Assembly (NCBI GenBank): GCA_040954595.2
Contig: CM082597.2
Span: 1,684,322-1,748,321, forward strand
From: Balanoglossus misakiensis
Taxonomy: Eukaryota; Animalia; Hemichordata
Direction of reading: 5' to 3'
Length of the DNA: 64,000 nucleotides
Part shown: one piece after another, positions 40,301 through 50,500 of the stretch
Layout: every line of letters begins with the position of its first letter
Numbering within the stretch: position 1 is the first letter of the stretch
Translations under genes and position numbers: made by a program
The notes under the pieces: model-generated
What the model was told of the DNA's origin: nothing
Databases searched by the model: none
Seen by the model: only the letters and a program-made list of their open reading frames with translations

Positions 40301-42210
40301 AGCAACCGCCTTTATGGATTATCTGTGACAGACAGTCGTTGTGGTGTTTTGCAGCTATGCCGTAAATTCGTCTCTAATACAATATATGGAAATACTGCTG
40401 TGCGATTACGTCATTATGATTTGATGATCCGTTGCTGAAAATACTAGCCTCGCGTAAGATTCTTCCGTCTTGGAGCTTGTGATATACATTGTAGTTATAC
40501 GTCTTAGACGCTGACGTATTTTCGGAATACATTGTCTGTAGTGAAACCAATCTAATTGACGATATACCCGCCAATAACATAATTTTGTGGTCTCTTTTTG
40601 TAGTTGCTGGATAAGCATATGGAATAAAGTAATCTTTGCGTTCATTGGTCCAGCAGCATTCGTGGTTCTTGTAAGTACGCGTGTGCATATATTCATCTAG
40701 TGACTTATTATATTAGGACGTCATTATTACGAATATGATGCCATGAAACTGTCGTATCATTAAGTCAAACTATCAATTATGGGCTGCCAGTCAAACTCTT
40801 CTCATTTAGTTTGGGATACGCTCACTGGAAAGATGTAAGGTTTCTCCTAACAAGACCTTTAAAATCTTTCTATTTTTTGTTGCTAATTAATTATTTTTGA
40901 CGTGCGTTGCTGCAAAAGAATATTTAATTTATTGTCTTCGTAGCTTCGCCTCATTTTACCATTGATTACTCGGCGTACGGATTCTAGGAATTAATGTGTA
41001 AATTAATTATAAATCACTTATAAATAAATACCTCGATTTAATTCTCTTGTTACAGGTCACATTTGGAATTTCGTATTCCGCCATGCATGGCTTCTACACA
41101 ATGAAGAAAACCGATCACAAGGGTGCTGCAGAGATGGCAAAATTTAAGTGAGTATTGTAATATATGCATATATTCATGATGACGTAGATAGTTTGCAGCA
41201 GAGAAGAGTTAACTTGGTGATGTGTGTTTATCTCAACAGACATGCATTTAAGGCCCCCGTGATAGTGATGCCGCTGTTAATGGCCACCTGGACACTGACG
41301 GCGTTCGCCATCGACTTAAGAAGTGAGGCACTTTACGCGCTAGTGGCCATTACTCATGTAATACAAGTAAGAATAGGTTATTTCTCTTGCAAGTATCTTA
41401 TGATACCCTTTTCATGAGTCTAGCGCCACCATCGGGAATTTGAACTCAGCGGGAGGCCAATTGCGAAATCCCTTGATAAGATTGGTCATTTTCACGAGCG
41501 ATATGAAAATTATTTACATTGTTTTTTTCTCTCTTTAAAACCTCCAGGGAATGGTCATTTTTATTATGTACGGGGTGCTTGATTATCAGGTAATTTTCTC
41601 TAAACGATATTGAGTTTTTTTTTCTGATCACGGTGCGCGCGCACATTGCTCGAAATACGTCATACAAGACACGAATATTTCTTTACTTGGCAAATCTAAT
41701 GTACATGAACACGATCGTTTTGTGGACATTTCTCTCGCACGTTCTGGTATTTCAACTCTACAAGCAAATGATAATGCACAAAGCATGTATTTATTACAAC
41801 CCATTTAACGATTACAGTATCATCCATTTTCAAAGACAGAATATTTCAATTTGCGTTGCTTTCTCGTCTTGTCTGTTATCCGGGCTAATATGTACGCCTT
41901 GTATGTTTGTTCCAGTTGCAAACATTGTATCGTAGCCGATTCGGCCACAATACTAAAGCCGTCCATGATTCATCGGGGAGAGCGTGGAATAACAAGACCG
42001 AGAATAATAAGACAAGTCCGAGTAACTTCAGGGCGAGTTCTGTCACCAGTTTCAGCAGCAGAGCGAGTGAAAGCATGACCAACAGAAACGACTCAACAGC
42101 CTCGTTGTCATCGTCAAACGCGCGCCGTCTGGTAAGTAAAAAATTAGTCCTAAATTAATCTCTAAATCAGTCGTGGAATTCACACTTTATATACCAATAT
42201 GTATGTATGA

Positions 42211-42242
<32 letters not shown>

Positions 42243-42428
42243 TGATATCTGCAATACCCCGATATGCAAATACATGTATTTGACTTTCATGTCGAGATTA
42301 TATTACGCATGCGGATAACCAAAACAAATGTTATATTTTAGTCTTTTTCTTGATGGTGTTTACAGAAAAAGACTCTGGTGATTCCCCTGAAGAGAGCAGC
42401 GCCATCACCGACCCCATCGCAAACCTAA
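25351..42428 (+). CDS. Adhesion G protein-coupled receptor (class B2; signal peptide-HRM-GAIN/GPS-7TM), ~724 aa
   Basis: Phase-consistent GT-AG exons: 25348-25408 (VMLVWLCGVLVAYWISPVSP, signal peptide), 32891-33034 and 35062-35156 (HRM: CPEESSEGYDWP..CPDGSVGIVYRVC..WQIPDFTRC), 35381-35572, 35744-35812, 36431-36551, 37214-37327, 37662-37743, 38009-38170 (GAIN), 38502-38604 (GPS: WSADEC..TTCNCYHA|TNFALLM), 38719-38825 (TM1), 38943-39045 (TM2), 39733-39950 (TM3-4: CKFVGILLHYLYLSVFFWML..LGWVTP), 40604-40670 (CWIS..FIGP), 41056-41147, 41240-41366 (TM6-7), 41548-41589, 41916-42131, 42366-42428. Subfamily (latrophilin/BAI/ADGRD-like) cannot be assigned by eye; the start may lie in an upstream exon. 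Confidence 0.92.
25566..25639. repeat. Three tandem copies of CCAATATGGCCGCCGATT
   Basis: Copies at 25566-25583, 25595-25612 and 25620-25637 separated by (cctt)atccaat spacers. Confidence 0.85.
27189..27246. repeat. Compound microsatellite (GTGA)n(ATGA)n(ACGA)n
   Basis: gtgagtgagtgagtgaatgaatgaatgaatgaatgaatgaacgaacgaacgaacgaacg. Confidence 0.9.
37920..37996. repeat. (CT)n microsatellite serving as polypyrimidine tract of GPCR exon 38009
   Basis: CT/CTGT run ending ~12 nt before the cacag acceptor. Confidence 0.9.
42209..42242. repeat. (GA)n(GACA)n microsatellite
   Basis: gaagagagagagagagagacagacagacagacag. Confidence 0.85.
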
Positions 42429-43689
42429 GTGTGGATGACGTCACGAGTCATCCGGTTCGATGAGACAGTAGAAGACGATGTTTATAAAAACTTGAAATCT
42501 TAATGGATGACGTGAGGAAAATGAGTTCCAGGTACTTAGAGATCGGTTTCCTCTGTTTGGCCCAAGCGGCTGATATTAAGATAAAACGTCCATGTTGAAT
42601 GTGCCGACGACTACAATCTTGTGGATGCTGTCATGGATATGGAAAGGCGGAATCTTGTATTGAGGACGCGTCGCAGCAAATGGGAATACTGAAATCTACT
42701 CAAAACTATATTGTGAGAACCTGGGTTGAATTTACTGGACATATAGATTGGACATACAGGATGCACTTACCAGGATGTGCAAACGTGGAACTACAGTGCG
42801 TGGATGAACAAAGCTAAGGCGAATCGTGTTTACTGTTTGAACTTTGACCTTCATTTCTATAGTCAACATTTTACCCAACGATGTCGTCGTATCCCTCCGC
42901 CGACTCCCGTGATTGGAGGCATACAAAGTACTATACCTAACTAAGGACTTTATTTTATCAGAGACTCTGTGTGCCTGCGCTTTTATGCTGTATGTGAAGC
43001 GTGAACGTTTCCAAATTACAGCGTATCTGATTTCCTGAGATAACGTTTTATATTACCCAAGCAGAGAAACAGTGCCCACCAATAGGACATTGGCATCACC
43101 AAAACATCTTCAAGTGATAATACATTATATTGGACGTTACAAGTTGTATGTAAATCGTTCATGTTTAGACTTCAAAAGTCAATGAAGGTAGATTTCTCAG
43201 ATTTCCGCCAGGCGGAAGATCAGCCCGGACATGCATGCTGGGAACGCCAACCGACATTGAGAACCAAGGTCAATCATGCCTATAAATTCTGGGCCTTGTT
43301 AAGCTGTACAGCACAGCGGACATAATTCGTGACACGGTTAGAAACTTGCTGACTTTTTCATAAACTTTAAAGATTACTTGATCGTTTCTGAGACAATACC
43401 AGGAAGCGCATTCAGTGATGTGTAAGCGTTATGCAACCCGTTTTAACAAATAATATACACTGATGTTGTCACAAAATTCGCCGTTACTATTTATAAATTG
43501 CTTAAGTATTCCACAAGAACAGTAGAGGTCCATGTAGTTTCCGTTTGATATATATGTTTGATATCTTCTGATGTGATATCCATGGTACTATTTGACCTTT
43601 TCAAACATTATTTATGTCAGTACTTTAACCTAAACCTCGCCATTTGATATGATTTACGAACTATATTTAGGAAAATTACTACAAGTGTT

Positions 43690-43742
43690 ACATACATACA
43701 TCCATACATACATACATACGTACATACGTACATACATACACA
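43690..43742. repeat. (CATA)n microsatellite in GPCR 3' UTR
   Basis: acatacatacatccatacatacatacatacgtacatacgtacatacatacaca. Confidence 0.85.
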
Positions 43743-43782
43743 TGAAGACAAATATACATAAACTCTGCCAAGATTCGAAATG

Positions 43783-43788
43783 AATAAA
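43783..43788 (+). terminator. Candidate adhesion GPCR polyadenylation signal
   Basis: First canonical AATAAA I found after the stop at 42428, followed ~30 nt later by GT/T-rich gttgttttatttat. Confidence 0.5.
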
Positions 43789-43910
43789 ATTCTTGGGAAA
43801 TTGAATAAGCGTGACGTTGTTTTATTTATCTCATAGTTGTGAAATAATGATTCCATTCTGGATTTCGCAAGCTGGTCTTTAGAAACGTCCGCATACTATG
43901 GACGAATAAT

Positions 43911-44531
43911 TCGACTTGCCGAATTTTCATATTTTGGGCATTTTTGAACATTTTTCATGGGTTAACCATAATGATTTTTTTCAAAAAATTACAAATTTTC
44001 AACTTGCCGAATTTTCATATTTTGGGCATTTTTGAACATTTTTCATGGGTTAACCATCATGATTTTTTTTCAAAAAATTACATATTTTCAACTTGCCGAA
44101 TTTTCATATTTTGGGCATTTTTGAACATTTTTCATAGGTTAACGATCATGATTTTTTTCAAAAAATGACAAATTTTCGACTTACCGAATTTTCAACTTTT
44201 TGGCATTTTTGAACATTTTTCATGGGTTAACCATCATGATTTTTTTCAAAAAATGACAAATTTTCGACTTGCCGAATTTTCAAATTTTTGGCCTTTTTGG
44301 ACATTTTTCATGGGTTAACCATCATGATTTTTTTCAAAAAATGACAAATTTTCGACTTGCCGAATTTTCATATTTTTGGCATTTTTGGACATTTTTCATG
44401 GGTTAACCATCATGATTTTTGTCAAAAAATGACAAACTTTCGACTTGCCGAATTTTCACATTTTGGGCATTTTTGAACATTTTTCATGGGTTAACCATCA
44501 TGATTTTTTTCAAAAAATGACAAATTTTCGA
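43911..44531 (+). repeat. 88-bp satellite, AT-rich subfamily A, 7 monomers
   Basis: Consensus ttcgacttgccgaattttcatattttgggcatttttgaacatttttcatgggttaaccatcatgatttttttcaaaaaatgacaaatt; monomer marks at 43911, 43999, 44088, 44176, 44264, 44352, 44440, 44528; copies differ from each other at several sites. Confidence 0.95.
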
Positions 44532-47500
44532 CATGGAAAATGTTCAAAAAAGCCGAAAATCTCGAAATTCGGCAACTCGAAAATTCGCGGTTTTTCGACA
44601 AAAACCACGATGGTTAACCCATGAAAAATGTTCAAATCGGCCGAAAATCTCGAAATTCGGCAACTCGAAAATTCGCGGTTTTTCGACAAAAACCACGATG
44701 GTTAACCCATGAAAAATGTTCAAATCGGCCGAAAATCTCGAAATTCGGCAACTCGAAAATTCGCGGTTTTTCGACAAAAACCACGATGGTTAACCCATGA
44801 AAAATGTTCAAATCGGCGGAAATTCTCGAAATTCGGCAACTCGAAAATTCGCGGTTTTTCGACAAAAACCATGATGGTTAACCCATGAAAAATGTTCAAA
44901 TCGGCCGAAAATCTCGAAATTCGGCAACTCGAAAATTCGCGGTTTTTCGACAAAAACCATGATGGTTAACCCATGAAAAATGTTCAAATCGGCCGAAAAT
45001 CTCGAAATTCGGCAACTCGAAAATTCGCGGTTTTTCGACAAAAACCATGATGGTTAACCCATGAAAAATGTTCAAATCGGCCGAAAATCTCGAAATTCGG
45101 CAACTCGAAAATTCGCGGTTTTTCGACAAAAACCATGATGGTTAACCCATGAAAAATGTTCAAATCGGCCGAAAATCTCGAAATTCGGCAACTCGAAAAT
45201 TCGCGGTTTTTCGACAAAAACCATGATGGTTAAACCATGAAAAATGTTCAAATCGGCCGAAAATCTCGAAGTTCGGCAACTCGAAAATTCGCGGTATTTC
45301 GACAAAAACCATGATGGTTAACCCATGAAAAATGTTCAAATCGGCCGAAAATCGCGAAATTCGGCAACTCGAAAATTCGCGGTTTTTCGACAAAAACCAT
45401 GATGGTTAACCCATGAAAAATGTTCAAATCGGCCGAAAATCTCGAATTTCGGCAACTCGAAAATTCGCGGTTTTTCGACAAAACCATGATGGTTAACCCA
45501 TGAAAAATGTTCAAATCGGCCGAAAATCGCGAAATTCGGCAACTCGAAAATTCGCGGTTTTTCGACAAAAACCATGATGGTTAACCCATGAAAAATGTTC
45601 AAATCGGCCGAAAATCGCGAAATTCGGCAACTCGAAAATTCGCGGTTTTTCGACAAAAACCATGATGGTTAACCCATGAAAAATGTTCAAATCGGCCGAA
45701 AATCTCGAAATTCGGCAACTCGAAAATTCGCGGTTTTTCGACAAAAACCATGATGGTTAACCCATGAAAAATGTTCAAATCGGCCGAAAATCTCGAAATT
45801 CGGCAACTCGAAAATTCGCGGTTTTTCGACAAAAACCATGATGGTTAACCCATGAAAAATGTTCAAATCGGCCGAAAATCGCGAAATTCGGCAACTCGAA
45901 AATTCGCGGTTTTTCGACAAAAACCATGATGGTTAACCCATGAAAAATGTTCAAATCGGCCGAAAATCGCGAAATTCGGCAACTCGAAAATTCGCGGTTT
46001 TTCGACAAAAACCATGATGGTTAACCCATGAAAAATGTTCAAATCGGCCGAAAATCGCGAAATTCGGCAACTCGAAAATTCGCGGTTTTTCGACAAAAAC
46101 CATGATGGTTAACCCATGAAAAATGTTCAAATCGGCCGAAAATCGCGAATTCGGCAACTCGAAAATTCGCGGTTTTTCGACAAAAACCATGATGGTTAAC
46201 CCATGAAAAATGTTCAAAATCGGCCGAAAATCGCGAAATTCGGCAACTCGAAAATTCGCGGTTTTTTCGACAAAACCATGATGGTTAACCCATGAAAAAT
46301 GTTCAAATCGGCCGAAAATCGCGAAATTCGGCAACTCGAAAATTCGCGGTTTTTCGACAAAAACCATGATGGTTAACCCCATGAAAAATGTTCAAATCGG
46401 CCGAAAATCGCGAAATTCGGCAACTCGAAAATTCGCGGTTTTTCGACAAAAACCCATGATGGTTAACTCATGAAAAATGTTCAAATCGGCCGAAATCGCG
46501 AAATTCGGCAACTCGAAAATTCGCGGTTTTTCGACAAAAACCATGATGGTTAACCCATGAAAAATGTTCAAATCGGCCGAAAATCGCGAAATTCGGCAAC
46601 TCGAAAATTCGCGGTTTTTCGACAAAAACCATGATGGTTAACCCATGAAAAATGTTCAAATCGGCCGAAAATCGCGAAATTCGGCAACTCGAAAATTCGC
46701 GGTTTTTCGACAAAAACCATGATGGTTAACCCATGAAAAATGTTCAAATCGGCCGAAAATCGCGAAATTCGGCAACTCGAAAATTCGCGGTTTTTCGACA
46801 AAAACCATGATGGTTAACCCATGAAAAATGTTCAAATCGGCCGAAAATCGCGAAATTCGGCAACTCGAAAATTCGCGGTTTTTCGACAAAACCATGATGG
46901 TTAACCCATGAAAAATGTTCAAATCGGCCGAAAATCTCGAAATTCGGCAACTCGAAAATTCGCGGTTTTTCGACAAAAACCATGATGGTTAACCCATGAA
47001 AAATGTTCAAATCGGCCGAAAATCTCGAAATTCGGCAACTCGAAAATTCGCGGTTTTTCGACAAAAACCATGATGGTTAACCCATGAAAAATGTTCAAAT
47101 CGGCCGAAAATCGCGAAATTCGGCAACTCGAAAATTCGCGGTTTTTCGACAAAAACCATGATGGCTAACCCATGAAAAACCATGATGGTTAACCCATGAA
47201 AAATGTTCAAATCGGCCGAAAATCGCGAAATTCGGCAACTCGAAAATTCGCGGTTTTTCGACAAAAACCATGATGGTTAACCCATGAAAAATGTTCAAAT
47301 CGGCCGAAAATCGCGAAATTCGGCAACTCGAAAATTCGCGGTTTTTCGACAAAAAACCATGATGATTAACCCATGAAAAATGTTCAAATCGGCCGAAAAT
47401 CGCGAAATTCGGCAACTCGAAAATTCGCGGTTTTTCGACAAAAACCATGATGGTTAACCCATGAAAAATGTTCAAATCGGCCGAAAATCGCGAAATTCGG

Positions 47501-50500
47501 CAACTCGAAAATTCGCGGTTTTTCGACAAAAACCATGATGGTTAACCCATGAAAAATGTTCAAATCGGCCGAAAATCGCGAAATTCGGCAACTCGAAAAT
47601 TCGCGGTTTTTCGACAAAAACCATGATGGCTAACCCATGAAAAATGTTCAAATCGGCCGAAAATCTCGAATTTCGGCAACTCGAAAATTCGCGGTTTTTC
47701 GACAAAAACCATGATGGTTAACCCATGAAAAATGTTCAAATCGGCCGAAAATCGCGAAATTCGGCAACTCGAAAATTCGCGGTTTTTCGACAAAAACCAT
47801 GATGGTTAACCCATGAAAAATGTTCAAATCGGCCGAAAATCTCGGAAATTCGGCAACTCGAAAATTCGCGTTTTTCGACAAAAACCATGATGGTTAACCC
47901 ATGAAAAATGTTCAAATCGGCCGAAAATCGCGAAATTCGGCAACTCGAAAATTCGCGGTTTTCGACAAAAACCATGATGGTTAACCCATGAAAAATGTTC
48001 AAATCGGCCGAAAATCGCGAAATTCGGCAACTCGAAAATTCGCGGTTTTTCGACAAAAACCATGATGGTTAACCCATGAAAAATGTTCAAATCGGCCGAA
48101 AATCGCGAAATTCGGCAACTCGAAAATTCGCGGTTTTTCGACAAAAACCATGATGGTTAACCCATGAAAAATGTTCAAATCGGCCGAAAATCGCGAAATT
48201 CGGCAACTCGAAAATTCGCGGTTTTTCGACAAAAACCATGATGGTTAACCCATGAAAAATGTTCAAATCGGCCGAAAATCGCGAAATTCGGCAACTCGAA
48301 AATTCGCGGTTTTCGACAAAAACCATGATGGTTAACCCATGAAAAATGTTCAAATCGGCCGAAAATCGCGAAATTCGGCAACTCGAAAATTCGCGGTTTT
48401 TCGACAAAAACCATGATGGTTAACCCATGAAAAATGTTCAAATCGGCCGAAAATCGCGAAATTCGGCAACTCGAAAATTCGCGGTTTTTCGACAAAAACC
48501 ATGATGGTTAACCCATGAAAAATGTTCAAATCGGCCGAAAATCGCGAAATTCGGCAACTCGAAAATTCGCGGTTTTTCGACAAAAACCATGATGGTTAAC
48601 CCATGAAAAATGTTCAAATCGGCCGAAAATCTCGAAATTCGGCAACTCGAAAATTCGCGGTTTTTCGACAAAAACCATGATGGTTAACCCATGAAAAATG
48701 TTCAAATCGGCCGAAAATCGCGAAATTCGGCAACTCGAAAATTCGCGGTTTTTCGACAAAAACCATGATGGTTAACCCATGAAAAATGTTCAAATCGGCC
48801 GAAAATCGCGAAATTCGGCAACTCGAAAATTCGCGGTTTTTCGACAAAAACCATGATGGTTAACCCATGAAAAATGTTCAAATCGGCCGAAAATCGCGAA
48901 ATTCGGCAACTCGAAAATTCGCGGTTTTTCGACAAAAACCATGATGGTTAACCCATGAAAAATGTTCAAATCGGCCGAAAATCGCGAAATTCGGCAACTC
49001 GAAAATTCGCGGTTTTTCGACAAAAACCATGATGGTTAACCCATGAAAAATGTTCAAATCGGCCGAAAATCGCGAAATTCGGCAACTCGAAAATTCGCGG
49101 TTTTTCGACAAAAACCATGATGGTTAACCCATGAAAAATGTTCAAATCGGCCGAAAATCGCGAAATTCGGCAACTCGAAAATTCGCGGTTTTTCGACAAA
49201 AACCATGATGGTTAACCCATGAAAAATGTTCAAATCGGCCGAAAATCGCGAAATTCGGCAACTCGAAAATTCGCGGTTTTTCGACAAAAACCATGATGGT
49301 TAACCCATGAAAAATGTTCAAATCGGCCGAAAATCGCGAAATTCGGCAACTCGAAAATTCGCGGTTTTTCGACAAAAACCATGATGGTTAACCCATGAAA
49401 AATGTTCAAATCGGCCGAAAATCGCGAAATTCGGCAACTCGAAAATTCGCGGTTTTTCGACAAAAACCATGATGGTTAACCCATGAAAAATGTTCAAATC
49501 GGCCGAAAATCTCGAAATTCGGCAACTCGAAAATTCGCGGTTTTTCGACAAAAACCATGATGGTTAACCCATGAAAAATGTTCAAATCGGCCGAAAATCG
49601 CGAAATTCGGCAACTCGAAAATTCGCGGTTTTTCGACAAAAACCATGATGGTTAACCCATGAAAAATGTTCAAATCGGCCGAAAATCGCGAAATTCGGCA
49701 ACTCGAAAATTCGCGGTTTTTCGACAAAAACCATGATGGTTAACCCATGAAAAATGTTCAAATCGGCCGAAAATCGCGAAATTCGGCAACTCGAAAATTC
49801 GCGGTTTTTCGACAAAACCATGATGGTTAACCCATGAAAAATGTTCAAATCGGCCGAAAATCGCGAAATTCGGCAACTCGAAAATTCGCGGTTTTTCGAC
49901 AAAAACCATGATGGTTAACCCATGAAAAATGTTCAAATCGGCCGAAAATCGCGAAATTCGGCAACTCGAAAATTCGCGGTTTTTCGACAAAAACCATGAT
50001 GGTTAACCCATGAAAAATGTTCAAATCGGCCGAAAATCGCGAAATTCGGCAACTCGAAAATTCGCGGTTTTTCGACAAAAACCATGATGGTTAACCCATG
50101 AAAAATGTTCAAATCGGCCGAAAATCGCGAAATTCGGCAACTCGAAAATTCGCGGTTTTTCGACAAAAACCATGATGGTTAACCCATGAAAAATGTTCAA
50201 ATCGGCCGAAAATCTCGAAATTCGGCAACTCGAAAATTCGCGGTTTTTCGACAAAAACCATGATGGTTAACCCATGAAAAATGTTCAAATCGGCCGAAAA
50301 TCGCGAAATTCGGCAACTCGAAAATTCGCGGTTTTTCGACAAAAACCATGATGGTTAACCCATGAAAAATGTTCAAATCGGCCGAAAATCGCGAAATTCG
50401 GCAACTCGAAAATTCGCGGTTTTTCGACAAAAACCATGATGGTTAACCCATGAAAAATGTTCAAATCGGCCGAAAATCGCGAAATTCGGCAACTCGAAAA

